The notes under the pieces are model-generated. The model did no database searches, had not been told where the DNA came from, and saw only the letters and a program-made list of their open reading frames with translations. This document shows, piece after piece, positions 20,363 to 34,557 of a stretch of DNA of 64,000 nt (position 1 is the first letter of the stretch; each line of letters begins with the position of its first letter). Source of the stretch: Botryllus schlosseri. Lineage: Eukaryota. The position numbers were made by a program, and so were the translations under genes. The stretch covers positions 14,632,001-14,696,000 of the forward strand of contig CM119378.1 of assembly GCA_051294905.1 (NCBI GenBank), written 5' to 3'.

Positions 20363-23300
20363 ATGCTGGATTCCGTTGGCCTGTACCAATTACTAGCGGT
20401 AGCGTTGGTACTGTTGTTCGTATATTTTTGCCGTAATCGTGAAAATCGACCACCAGGTCCATGGGGACTTCCAGCTTTGGGCTACTTACCATTTATCGGT
20501 AAGTATCCTTCCAGAAGGTATTTTGAACTGTCAAAGAAATACGGACCTATCATTAACGTGAAACTGGGATCTAAGAATATCGTCGTCCTTAACGACTACG
20601 AAAGCATACAGGAAGTAAGTCGTTCTATTTCTCTACCAGATATGAGTAAGATTGCTATAGCAACCCTATATTTCACTTTTTTACATCTCATGCATATTAA
20701 GGCGCTTGTAAAACAAAGTGACGTATTTTCCGATCGACCCCGCAACGAGTTTATTCACAAAATGACCGGAGGTTACGGAATGATCTTCCAGGAGTTCAAC
20801 GAGGAGTACAAGATTCAAAGAAAGTTCGCTCTTGCAACTTTGAGGGGGTATGTGCGGATTCCAACTGAATAAACTGCCCGACTAATCGGGCGGATTTAAT
20901 GTAGGCTTGGGGTTGGAAAACGAAGCATGGAAGGCAAGATAATCGAAGAAATTGAAAAATTATGTCACGAAATTGGATCACGAAACGGACAACCCTTCAA
21001 TTGCCAAGTAATAAAATGATTTTTCTCTAAACATGAAAAACATCAGTAATGGACCACAAGAACATTTTAGCACTGGGCAGTAAAGTAATTTACAAAATTG
21101 TAAAGTTGTTGAGATGTTTTTTTTCTTGTTATTGTTTAGTTTACTTCTTTTGTTCCTCCTAACGATATATTCATGTTGCCATATTTATTCTACCTCAAGC
21201 TGTTTCGGCATCACTTGCGAACGTCCGTGCATGCGAAAAAGTTGAAGAATATTTTCACAAAATGGCAAGGAAATCGACTCTTGAGCGGCATATGACCACG
21301 CAAACTTAACAGTGAAGGCCCAAATTTGGCGATAAAATACCCGAAGACGATCGCTATGCGAATAAAATATTCCCATGCAGTCATCTGTGTCAGATTGCGA
21401 AGATGACTAGTCTCAATTTCGAGTTGAATATCATATTGTTCCCGTCTAGATAACTGGTATTGAGTTATTAGCTATTGTATCAATTTGTTAACGCCGTTAC
21501 GATAGCCTATCGCATTCCTTTTTGGTCCTCGTGAAACATGTAACATTCATTGCAGGAAACTCTGTCTGCTGCTGTGTCAAATGTAATATGCAATGTCGTT
21601 CTGGGGTCACGATTTTCGTACGATGATGAAGATTTCAAGGGAATGCTGAAGGCTGTTAATGCGGAGTGAGTTATCTGCATTACAAGACATAATATCATAT
21701 ACTTGCACGGGCTATTGTTTATTAGGTTCTCGGATAAAATATATGCATTTTGTGTCAATATGCTAATGCTCGCACCTCAACTAAGATTCATTCCGCCATT
21801 TTCTAAAGCACACAAGCGGATATTCGAAGATATAGATTACGTTCTTGGTGAGCGACCCTTTTCATTGCTATGCATGGAGCGTGATTTTAACACTGATAAC
21901 TAGATTTACAAAATTGATTCGGTCAAAAACATGCGCAAATGAGCGCACGGAGCTCGCACGTCAGTGCAAATTGGCTGCAAAAACAGACTGCTATGATGAT
22001 TACCAAGCATATGCTTCGTCAATCGGTCAGCATCTGAGCGAAAACCTTGCCTGTGCACAGCACTATGATGACAATATGTTCACTGTCATTGCGCGTGGTA
22101 GGTCTGTGTTTCATTTAAAAGTGTTGGAGTCTACTATTATTCAGTTGAGCAAACCTATTTTATGCAGTCAGAAAGATTTCCTCTATAACCTACAAATTTC
22201 TCATTAGTGCGTGTTGTTCCGTGCGTGTAATTGTTTATTTACAAATTGTGCTGTTACTATAGTACCGTTTGTCCGTATACTTCGTAGTTTGTGATTGTTG
22301 CCATTGATACAATGCGAATTTCATGGTCTGTGATTTTGATTGTTGCGTCATACTTTGCCTTTTTGGTTTTGCTTTTAAATCTGTTTAAATCCCTTCAGTG
22401 TGCCGATAACTCTTGAAAAGAGGCACCCGAAAAGTCTTCGAGTTTAATAAATATACTGCTACAATGGATGTTGTATTGAAAGCTATTTACAAATATGATG
22501 TTGGATATTATTTGTATCCATTATGATGCTATCCAGTGGTCGGGAACCTTTTTCGACCGAAGAGCCATATTGACACAATATTTCCATCTATAACTCCCAA
22601 AGAGCCATACATGTCAATCAACTGTTACGTCACAATTGAATATTCGTGACGTATTGGTAGCACTAATATATGGGATTCATAGTTTGCGCCATATTTTTCC
22701 CGTATGCGTAGCTGGAGCCAAACAGGTAATTGTCAATGTCACTTCTAAGGAAGTTTACTTTATCGGCGTAGAGCAGGAAGTCAATGTGTATTTGAAAACT
22801 GCATTGTCCAACAAGCGTCGCCATGTCAAGGTATCAAACAAGGTATCGTGCAATTCAAGATTTCGAGGCGCGCGATGGCGGGTATCGATCGAATTTGCCA
22901 GTGGTTTCAGTCGCCGGCGCGACAGCAACTTAAATTTTAGGATTTTCGAATGGGGGGTAACGAACCCCATACCCTGCTTACCCAACTGTGTTAACCTCTC
23001 AACGACATGTTTATGCTGCCAAGAGAATAATTATCCGGGTCGTCATCGAAATTTACTAACAAGTTGCAGCAATATTGATAAATTGAGTACAAAATTAAAA
23101 ATTTGTCTTTTACCCAAAAGAGCCACATATGGCTCGCGAACCATAGGTTCCCGACCACTGCAGTATAGACTATAGACAAAGTCAACGGCAAGTCTGGATA
23201 CTGTCAGTCGCTTATTACATCCTACCATTACTTCCTGCCGTAATTGCAGTATACAGTTTCCTAATATATTTCATATCATAATGCAAAAATAAAAGCAAAT

Positions 23301-26300
23301 GCTCCAGAAATTTTCCGATGTCTGATATTATCACTGGCGAACAACATTTCACTGGATTTTTTTTAAATGAGAACGTGAGTTTGTGATTTTCGGTATATTT
23401 TTCACTCTGATTCCAAATCTGCCAATAATTTTTTTCTAGCATATCATTTTCAAGATATCACCGAACTTGTACTTTCCAACGAAATAAAAGAAAATATAGA
23501 TGTGTACAGCTATTTTTCATGACCTTTAAACTGTTTAGCATATGATTTTCTTGTACACATTACCGAGATCAACACGATAGAACGTCCAGCCGCATTCCCA
23601 CATTATTACCTCATTACAAAGATCTTGGTGACGAGCTCCCACTTCCATAGTTCGAATGTCCTGGGGAAATGGTTCAGTTAGTTCTTCATTAACTGCACCA
23701 TATACAAGCATTGTACTGAATAGTAGGGATTGTGTGAACGTGAGGTTCACCATCGCGTTCTGTGTGTGAACCTCCGAAATTTACTTTCACAAACGAACCT
23801 TGGTAGGTTCTGCAGTGTAGACCTTTTTCAGGTATTACATTTTTCACGTCATATAACATCTTTGGTTGGAATTCTTTGCATCTCACCTTCGGCCCACTCT
23901 ATGCATGGCGCTGATAGCATAAAAATTCAAAACTACACGAGCATGCACCTTGTCGATCTCAAAATCTTTACTTGCTTTGTTACAAAAGTTTGCTCGCAAT
24001 AATCAGCTCTACGTTTGTGAATATTTAGTGACTCTCTACCGTGAGCTTGACCCGCAATCACACAACATCAAGAACGAACGAAATACACTACACGTATGTA
24101 GTCATCGAATGATGCTTATTACACCAATCAATGAAATTGATATAAAGAATACATCGTTGTCTAATGTCAAAAATTTCGATGGCGTACGGGATCCATCTTG
24201 ATTTGACATGTTTATTGTAACATTAAAACCGAATCCGTGCGATTGGGTACTCTATAGCTTGTTTATGGGGTAATATTGGTAGCAAGTATAGAAACCCGTT
24301 TTACACTCTGCTCAAAATCAATATAGTAAATTTAGTAATGGTCGGACGCCGAATATATTGTCCGATCTGGCCTAGGCCGTTAAGGCGTAAGCTTATATTC
24401 CCATGCAAATCGAAATTGCTGGCAAAGCCACGGAAGAGATTGCTTTTAAGCGATTATTATAGCATTTGACTGCTCCAGTTGATACATTTGGTGACGTTTA
24501 AAAATTCAGCATGCTGTAGCCTTCAGCAATATGGCATGATTGTGGCCTGGGTCGTCGCTAGGTATCTGGTATATCACTTCACTGAAATGTAAGGTCGGAA
24601 TTATCAATATGACATCACGTGACGCCATAGGTTCACGTTAACGTTCACACAGAACCTTTCAAAAACGCTCGCGTTCACACGAACCTGAACCTTTTAGGGG
24701 TTCGTACCACCCCTAAAATAGCTTCCAAAAGGACTTCGATGCTTTCATAAAATTGTTTCGAGTGAACGTGCTATAGGATCTGACAGTCTTATATTTCTAT
24801 CATGCGACAATACAGCGTTTCACCATCTCTTCGACGAGTCGCTGAAATAAATCTTTTCTCATTCAAGAAATTTTGAGAAAGATATGGGAGGAACACAAAA
24901 GGTCACTGGACCCCGAGAATCCACGAGATTTTATTGATGAATACTTGATTCGTATGCAAAGTAATGATACGAACGACTCATCGTTCTGCGTGAGTATGGG
25001 CTAGCTAGATCAGGAGTAAGCAACATAAGGTCAAGGGAGGTTTACATTATTACATTATAATGGGGCCCGCTGCCACATCAATCTGCTACTATGCTTGTTT
25101 ACCGCGTCAAATGGTTTTAGTCAAATTAGTTTCAGTTTAATTCTAATTTTCCTGTAAGCACTTATGCTAAATATACATAAATACATACGCTATGTTTCTT
25201 CATAAATGGCCTCCGTGAATCTGGCGGTATTTTTCTTTAACTCTACAATAATTCTTCCGCGAGCCACTATCCGCGGATTTTGCAGAGAAACATAGACCCT
25301 GACAGGTTGACAAGACGGTACTTGTTTTGTTAGGGTATATCAAACATTTTTGACAATAAATATTAATAAGCCAAAGCTTCGTTCCAATCTAACTAATTGA
25401 CTCAAGTATTCTTCACTGGGTAGGTCTTGTACGTAGGGTTGCACTTAAAACAAACGGTGTTTGTTTTAAACAAAGCCTTTTAAAAAAAAATTGGGTTTTT
25501 TATAAGTTGTAAAACTATGCCATAATTGTGTAAATTTTCCAAAAAACATGCTGTATGAGCCTACGGACAATTACCACCCGATATCGTCGAAGTATATCGA
25601 TGTGACGATGTGGGATGCTTGGAACCCTCAAAATAGTCGGTTCAACAGCAATAGTACAGACATTTCGTCAAAGGAGCTATATTTACCCTATATTTTCAAT
25701 TGCCAATGTCAACCCATTATGACGTCACAATTAAATATTCCTGACGTCCTAGCTTTAAAAAAAACATGTTTTAAACAAGGGCCTATCGTTTTAAACATGT
25801 TTGTTTTAAATTGATTTTTGTTTTAAATGCAACCCTACTTGTATGCAGCTTTAATTCTTGAGAGAATATTGAAAATTTTGAGCGATCACAGATGCCCCAT
25901 TGACTTGAGCATATATTGAAGTATACGTTACACTTTCATTCATCAAGTTTTGTTTCTATGCCAACAATGATCGAGAGATTTGTTTCGCCAACCGATGATA
26001 AGAAATTAATAAAGACGGATTACTTGTATGCACGGATGAATACTCGATTTCTATTACGATTCCAGAATCCTGCTTCCGTAGCGCTGGGGAATCGCACAAA
26101 TTAATCGGCGACTCCTATACTTCCTACTCTTAGCAATTGCAAATTGCTTCTGCGGTTCTGTTTCCGACTCCGAAAAATCAAATTTCGTGTCTCATACTCC
26201 TACACCTCCGACTCTCACGTGGCCGAAATTTCTCACATCAACCCCCGAGTCCTCCTCAATTATGTCAATAACTCACTTTTCGACACTCGCAACTAGAACT

Positions 26301-27907
26301 AGAACAAAGATTCAATTACAATACAGTCGGCATTTTAAAAGGACGGGGTTTCGAGTTTGAAATGGGACGTGTTTCGATACCCGTTGCGCCGAGGTGGTTG
26401 CTCAACCCCTGACAAGGTATATTTAGGGACGGTGCGAACGTGAGGCTCACGTTCGCCTTCTGTGTGTGAACCTCATAAAATTGGAGGTTCACGTTCACAA
26501 ACGAACCTTGGTAGGTCCTTCACTGTGAACATTTTATTAATAGATATTTAATATTGAGATATTTCAACATCTTTGGCTGAAATTATTGCGTAGCTAATCT
26601 GTTTGATCCCTCAAGTGTTGTACAATGCGAATGTCGTGTTTGAGATCATAATTGTGACGCCACGTGACGTCAGAGTTTCGTGTTCATGTTCGCGTTCACA
26701 GCCAACCTTCTGTGTTCATACGAGCCAAAACCTTTCAGGGGTTCGAACCATCCCTTCGCTGTAGCAGTTTCAAACCAACGAGGCCTTTTTCTAGGAAAGA
26801 CAACTCTATCAAATAGTTCGAGATTTGTTTGTTGCGGGAACGGAAACGACTTCGAGCACTCTTAGATGGGCCATGCTGGTTTTCGCCCATCGTCCAAATA
26901 TCCAACGTAAAGTCCACGAAGAAGTTAAAAAAGTTATTGGTAATTTCAAATTATGCTTTGTTAGTGACTTTACTAGCAACGTGTGATTGTTTTTGCGGCC
27001 GTTTGACATCACCATCCTTCGGCAATAATATGAGAGTCTTCAAATTCAGCATGTACTGGCAAATTATTTAGTCGTCTGAAACGTAACACTGTCGAAACGT
27101 AGTCGGAATGATTGATGTACAACATTGCTGACAATCATATAGTTACGTGATCGGATCATACTATGGCATAACTCATTTCGACACGATTTGCAATAATGAC
27201 TAATGATGGTGGATTTTCAATGCTGTTACGGACTGGTTCTTACTCACTTTAACCAGTGAACATGCCTTATTTATAGCCTGCTACGTAGTCATACCAATAC
27301 CTGACAAGATATGTGATCCACTGGAATTGGACGTTGTTGAAATCCATCTAACAGTAAGAATAATTCCTCAGGTGATGGATTGCCCTCAATGAAGCACAAA
27401 GATGACACGCCGTATGTGAGCGCGTTCATCCTCGAGCTTATGAGACACAGGACTCTGGCTCCTCTCGCAGTCCCTCACGCGACTGTCCGAAATGTGACAT
27501 TTCGCGGATACGACATGGCGAAAGGGCAAATGGTAAGCAAAAAAAACTGTTATTTTTCGACAACTGTTGTCATCCTGAATTGTTTACAGGTTTTGCCCAA
27601 CATATGGGCGGTCCACCACGATCCGAAGAACTTCGAAAATCCGTCGGAATTCAATCCTGAACGGTTTCTGGACGAAGACGGGAAATTCAACAAACATCGA
27701 AGAGTGATCCCTTTTTCAGTCGGTCCTCGATTCTGTCTTGGAGAACAGCTTGCAAGAATGGAAATATTTCTCTTCCTAACCAGCATAGTTCAACGCTTTG
27801 AGATTGTTCCCGATTCGTCTAGACCGTTGCCCGAATTAGACGATGGCAATTCCGGACTTACAGAAGTCCCGAAGATGTTCGATGTCTCGTTTAAAGCTAG
27901 AATATGA
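20363..27907 (+). CDS. Cytochrome P450, CYP2 clan, paralog B (intact, 492 aa, 9 coding exons)
   Basis: Exons 20363-20614, 20702-20847, 20905-21007, 21556-21665, 21726-21847, 24868-24989, 26795-26939, 27372-27532, 27590-27907. All introns are GT-AG; total 1479 nt, in frame. N-terminal TM anchor, PPGPWGLP proline hinge, I-helix AGTETTS, K-helix ELMR (ExxR), PERF, heme motif FSVGPRFCLG. Confidence 0.95.
22534..23160. mobile_element. hAT MITE in CYP-B intron 5
   Basis: TIR CAGTGGTCGGGAACCT at both ends; no TSD match found; absent from the paralogous intron of A. Confidence 0.7.
25434..25837. mobile_element. hAT-type MITE (404 bp) in CYP-B intron 6
   Basis: TIR TAGGGTTGCA.TTAAAAC; TSD CTTGTACG / CTTGTATG (7 of 8 match). 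Confidence 0.8.
26424..26757. mobile_element. MITE of the TAGGGA(T/C)GGTG-GAAC family; relatives at ~16343-16460 and ~23724-24715
   Basis: Shared GTGAACGTGAGGTTCACGTTCGCGTTCTGTGTGTGAACCTC block and an imperfect TIR. Paralog C has the empty site ATATTCGCTGTAGC. Confidence 0.65.
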
Positions 27908-29450
27908 TTTCCTCATTGATTGCGAATAATTTCAGTGATAGCGCAACGAAAAATGTTCATATACCAGTACGTGGTATCGGAGAACTATAGCATTTTTTGC
28001 AAAAACTTTGCACCATAGATGGATACATAGCACGACTATCGGACCCGCCAAACGTCCCACACTATAGATTTCTGGTGCTCATATTGAGCTGCTGTGCAAT
28101 GGTGTGCATCAATATAGGCTAGTGTTAAAAGAACAAAACAATTACAATAATATTTCCGCACACAACTGAAAGATTATAATAAATATTCGTTGCAAATCTG
28201 CTGTTCCCTTTTAGATAACAGTTTAGCAATGCGAGGCCTAACAACTTGTAAAGTGTCGTCGTATTGACCGGTCCAAACGCAAGCGTGATACCAATTGCTT
28301 GATTACAAATGTATTGGAGACAGAAATGGCGTTTCTGGGTTTAGATTTCAAACCTCAATCCCCCATGTGTACGCTATTGCACACGCCGTACCACCACAAC
28401 GGCCACAATACGACTACTTATCGGCCCTACATGTCTGCAACCAATAATGGTCAAGACGGGTGTATCATCACAATTCGTATGTGAGAGTTGAGTGAGTGTC
28501 ATGGCCTCCAGAGAGCTAGGGAGACTAGCTCCCTAGAGAATTCCTAGTGTCCCATGGAACACCTCTTTATTCACAGTAAAACTGATAAATACACACATAA
28601 TCCGGGGGGCAACCTGTCCCCAAATGAAAATGGCGAGATTCGAGTAAATTTTTAAAATTTCAGTACTACAGTATGGTAAAAAGTAGTAGTGGCGCTTATC
28701 TCCCGTAAGGGTCTGGTGCGCCACGATCTGTGATTACCTTCTGGTATAAGTTACTTTTAAATGTAATTCATCCTCGACTATATATACGGATCAAAGACTA
28801 AAGGATTCTCCGAGATGATATCACGAAATTAGCCACAGGGGTTGATAGTTCGGGCTGGACTACAGGTTATAAGTCGTGAATGGGAATACCTCTTAAAACC
28901 ATTGCAATGAATATTGGAGATAGAATCGGACAGGGAGGAGAGGAGTTCAATTTTAACCCCCTACACATACGGCACTGCACACGACCTAAAACCACGGTAT
29001 TCACAACTCATTCAATACCAATTATGGGGAACCATCGCAAATCATATGTATGCGTTTTGTGTGTCTTGACCTCCTGCGGACCCCCCGAGACTGACTCGCT
29101 GAGCCCCTGGTGTTCCGTGGAACACTGGTTAAGAACCAGTGGTATAATCTATGTATGTTTTGATTTTGCAAAATTGCCCCATTACCCATTTTGAGTACGT
29201 GATCCCTGACCTACGACATGTAACTGTTCAGCCCGAGATGATGATGACTACAAAAAGGTCATTGTGTCAGTAATCAGGCCATGATGCAGTGATATTTAGG
29301 TGATGCAGTGATGCAGTGCAGTGATGCGCTTCTTCGATATAAGCCCGAGATCGAAACAGTGCTTCACGTAACACCAGCAAGTGTTTCCCATGAGCAAGAT
29401 ACAATTTTATAAACGTCAAAATAAACTGTTTTTTGCCTTTGGAGAGACAG

Positions 29451-30041
29451 GTATTAGGGTTGGAGGTGGGTTACGGTCAAAGTTGGAGTTAGGGTATCCC
29501 AAGATTACGGTTGGGGGAGGGGGTATTAGGGAAGAGGAAGGAGGGATATTAGGGTTGGATGTGGGTTAGGGTATCCCAAGATTAGGGTTGGGAAGGGGAA
29601 TATTTGGGGTGGGGGAGGGATATAAGAGTTGGATGTTGGTTAGGGTTAGGGTCAAAGTTGAGGTTAGGGTATCCCAAGATCAGGGTTGGGGAAGGGGGAT
29701 ATTAGGGTTGGGGGAGGGGGTTCTTAGAGTTGGATGTGGGTTAGGGTCAAAATTGAGGTTAGGGTTTCCCAATATTACGGTTGGGGGAAGGGGGTTGGAT
29801 GTGAGTTAGGGATACCCTAACCTAAACTTTGACCCCAACCTTAACCCTAACGCACATCCGACCTTATTACCCCCCTCCCCCAACCCTAATATCCCCCTCT
29901 CCCCCAACTCTAATCTTGGGATACCCTAACCCCAACTTTGACCATAACCCACATCCAACACTAATATCCCTCCTTTCTCTTCCCTAATACCCCTCCCCCA
30001 ACCGTAATCTTGGGATGCCCTAACTCCGACTTTGACCCTAA
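29451..30041. repeat. TTAGGG-rich ~90-bp minisatellite: about 4 G-strand copies followed by about 2.5 inverted copies
   Basis: Unit like TATTAGGGTTGGATGTGGGTTAGGGTCAAAGTTGAGGTTAGGGTATCCCAAGATTAGGGTTGGGGGAGGGG. The strand switches at TTAGGG-ATA-CCCTAA, around 29805-29819. Confidence 0.85.
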
Positions 30042-32779
30042 ACCGGGTAAATCGGTTTTGGGCGACATAATATAACATTAGGGCCTAACTATCGCAATAG
30101 GCGTCGTAAACATATACATATCGAGGTAGTTTCGAAACATATACGTGCTGTAAAATCTTTATCATGTTTTTCGTTCGTGGCGTAATGGAATAGATTATGC
30201 GTCACCGATAGATTTATCCGATCCATGACATTTACATAGGAATATGTAAAGGACGAATTAATACTTTATAGTCCGGGTACAAGCCTGTGTCTATCGCTCG
30301 CAACGGCGCTACGTCATAAGCGCTTGCATTAGGCGGTATTCCATATCCCTTTTTAATATGTACGATTGATACATACAACGTCATAGCTATCTAAGCTTTT
30401 GTTCATGCCGTCACTTAATACATCATGAAGAAAATGGACGCCGGTTCGGTGCAATACATACATATAAATATACGTGAGCCGGTCTCTTGCGTTGAAGTGG
30501 AAAACATGAAAATGTCGATTTCCAAACGCACAAGTCCGAGTACGATTATTGAGATGTTACTCGAGAATGCATTACGTAATATAAGTTTCGGGTAGACGTT
30601 CTTACTCAACCGTGCTAATGCGTGCGGTTTACATACCCACGCATTAATTTTTTTCGTCATTTTCGATGCGTGACATCGCTAAATACCTCATATCATGTCG
30701 ACCGGCAGTATTTAGTTCATTATCGGGTGCCAATCAATGTCATGTCGACCGGTATCTGTTCACAATTGGTCGACATGTATTATCAAGGCGACCAGTGTTC
30801 CATACGAGGGTTGGATCTGTGATCGCGCTACTATCATCCGTGTGAACTTGTACCTACCGATCCATCTGTCTTCCGGATCACTAGTCCGGAACAATCCGGT
30901 TTTTTTCGACATACTATAATATTGGGGCATAACCGTTCGCAATAATCATTGTAACATATAGATCTTGATATACATTTTAAACATATATGTGCGTTCAAAT
31001 AATTCTTACGTTTTTAATCGTGACGTCATGTAACGCGTTATGCGTAACCCATCTAACTATTGGGTCCACTACATATATAGACGACACTTTAACCCTGTCC
31101 CTTATAGTAGATATGGCAGAAAACCCGTGATAAATGGCGGATTCAAACTGTCGAGTCCGAGTCTCTGACCATTACATGAAACGGCGTGACGTCCTAACCG
31201 CCGCCTACTTTATGCAGTATCCATTTTAAGGTGTACGGTAAGCATATTATACACGCTTGATATTTATCTTAACTTTAGTTCGTGACGTCACTGAATACAT
31301 TATGATTAAGAGGTATGCCGGTTCGGTCCTATACATATACATATAAATATGCACGAGGCGATCTCTTATATGTGGAGTTTGGAAAAAAACACGAAAACTG
31401 CCATTCCACACGCACGCGTCCGAATACGAGGCTGGATCTCAGTATGTTACCTTAGAATGAAATACGTAATATCAATTTTCGGCCTGCGTTCTCACTCGTC
31501 TGTGTCAATGTGTGCGGTATACATATTACATACATACATTTGTACGCATAATATGTATCATAATTGGTAGTCGTGACATCACTGAATACATGCTGCGGAT
31601 CAGGAATACCGATTCGGTTTAATACGTATATAGAAATATACTCAAGTCACTCTCTTATGTGGAGTATGTTTCATAACAACTATCAGATAGTGATTTTCAA
31701 AGGGCCGAGTCTGATTTTGATTTCGAGTATCTCTCCGTTATCTGAGATGGGATTACGGCCTCCTAACCCTTCGCAATAAGCTTTATCACATATCCATTGT
31801 AATGTGTACGGTACACATATAAAAGCCTGATATTTATCATAATGTGTATTAGCGACGGCACGGACTACATTAAACGGAACCGGGCTACCGATTCGGTCAA
31901 ATACATACGCATATATCGATGAAATATTGCGGTATCTTACGTGGAGTATGGTTGTAATAAAATGAAAACGATCGGTTTTCAAACGGCCGAGCCAGAGTAT
32001 GTGTCTCTGTGTGCGACGTGAGGCGGCATTATGGCATACCCGTTCGCATCATGTCTTATTATAGATCCATGTTAAGGCGCATGATGAACGTATATCTATC
32101 GAATCAGCCAACACAATTATCATTGGACCTTATTTACTATCATATTTAACGACATTATATATGAGGTGTCGATTAAAAATCAGTTCCGACTCTACTATCG
32201 TATCGAACATCAATGTGCATGCTTATACCCAAATATTCGGGACACCTATCGAACAGCATCATCAGTGTTCCTTGTGACGACTACACGCGTTATAACGAAT
32301 GGTATCCATCTTATTTTATCATGTCGGCCGATATATTAAATTAACATTATAGCGGCCACATTAAGTATATTGTCACGACGTTGTTCAACACCCTGATATC
32401 ATAGTATGGTTCGAGTTGTTGGCGTCAAACCTATTGTTAATGCCAGCTTATTTCAATTGCACCATACCTCTTTCTAAAACGTATTGTGGGTAAAAATCCA
32501 AATTAGCATTGGTCACCATTTAGCAGCATTTAGGAACGGGCGACATTAAACATCATACCGACAGGTGTTATTCATTCATAATCGGGCGACATCTACTAGT
32601 ATGTCAATGAGTGCTATATATTAGCATTGCATCGATCAACTTAATCTGATTGTACCGACGGCAAACCAAAAATTGATATGTTATCAGATTTCAAGCACTA
32701 GTCGGCAGTCGTTTTGCCGATGTCATCAGTTTTCATGCGTAATGGAACGATTTAGTGCATCACCATGGTGATCGCGAGT

Positions 32780-33294
32780 AGGGCTGGGCACAATGATTCG
32801 AGTACTCGAATCTGAATCGAGTATTAATTTTAATGATTCGAGTCGAGTACTAAAACACGATTTTTTTGAGTACTGAAATTATACGCTCCTCGCCATTGAA
32901 AGGTAATTTGTCAAAGAGAATTGTATTTTCAATACTAACTTTTGCTATTGATGCCTTGAAACCTTGATTGGCCGCATCGTAGCATACGAAACATATAGTA
33001 CAAAGCTACGAACGCTACTGGAAATAGCACATTTCCGAAGTCATGATCTTCCCACAGCATTTGTCACCAATTGCAATGAAATCGTTGTCGTCTAAAAATA
33101 CCAAGGTATGTTTAATGTAATGGATAACAGGCATTTTATGTTTTGTGGTCGCATAACAGATATGTATTTGAACTTGGACATATTACATTCTGTTGTGACG
33201 TCATAATGAGTGATACTCGATTACTCGACTCGACTCGAAGCATTTTACGTGATTCAGAATCGAATCACTCAGGTACTCGATTTTGCCCAGCCCT
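32780..33294. mobile_element. TIR MITE (515 bp) nested in the foldback-like element
   Basis: TIR AGGGCTGGGCA.AAT; flanking direct repeat ATCGCGAGT (32771-32779 and 33295-33303), which becomes 7 bp if the TIR is taken as TAGGG. Confidence 0.85.
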
Positions 33295-34557
33295 ATCGCG
33301 AGTTAACGCAGCGTTGGGTACCATTTATCAACATGCGAACGCCTTTATAGATTGCATAGGTGGTGACTGATCTTAGCATTGGACGACATTTAACACCATA
33401 TCGATAGCCGGTACAAATTTGAAGTATGTCGGCAAACCAGATTAATTTCTACTGGGTTATTCACACATTTTATAACTAACGATCGGATTCCACCATACCG
33501 GCTACCTTCTATAGAGAGTAGAAATGCGTATCAAATGTACAATACCGAACTATAACAAAACCATGATGTTAGACATTCAAATGAGCATTTGACATCATTT
33601 GCTATCCTGTCGCAAGACGTTATAAATTGTGGGTCGATGGAGATTAAATTAAGATTCGGTCGACATCTATTATCATGTCGACCAGCAGTGTATATTTCAT
33701 ATTCGGGCGACAATCAATGTTATGTCGACCGATGTTAGTTCACAATTGGGCGACATATATTATCATGTCGACCAGCATTATATATTATCATTATATCAAT
33801 AATAGTGTTCCTATCATCCGTGTTAAATTAGACCATACCGATTTATAGGTATGCAAGTAGCATTTGTTACCATTGAGCATCATTTATTATCGGGCGACAT
33901 CTACTATCATGCCGACCACTGTTACATATTATCAAACAACGGTCACAATCGGCTCATTTTCAAAATGACATTGAACCAAATTATAACATAACATATATAT
34001 TTCGAGGTAGCATAAACATATGCGCGCAGTAAATTCATTATTATTTTTTCTTCAGTGACGTAATGGAATACATTATGCGTCACTTATAGATTTATTCCAT
34101 CCATTCCATGAACATGGGAATATTTAACCCCGTCTCCTATACTAAACCGGGTGGAAACTCAAAACGTGCTAATGCGGGCGATGTTGTACATACACACACA
34201 TAAGTTTTATCATCATTTTTATGCATGACGTCACTGAATACCTAATATCATGTCGACCAGCAGTATTTAGTTCATTATCGGGCGCCAATCAATGTTATGT
34301 CGACCGGTGTCTGTTCACAATTGGTCGACATGTATCATCAAGGCGACCCGCGTTACATACGAGGGGTGGATTTATAATCGCGCTACTATCATCCGTGTGA
34401 GCTTGTACCCTACTGATTCATATGTAGTCCGGATCAAGCCGTTATATGTCACTGGCAATTTTTGTACTATTCGCAATAAGCATGACAAGGACAGGAACAA
34501 ATTATGCTCAATTCCTGTTGGATGAGCAATATATATATATGATTAAAAGTGGTTATT

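Noticed and set aside
29451-30041. True telomere or chromosome-fusion site
   Set aside because: There is no uninterrupted (TTAGGG)n tract; the hexamers are embedded in a complex ~90-bp unit.
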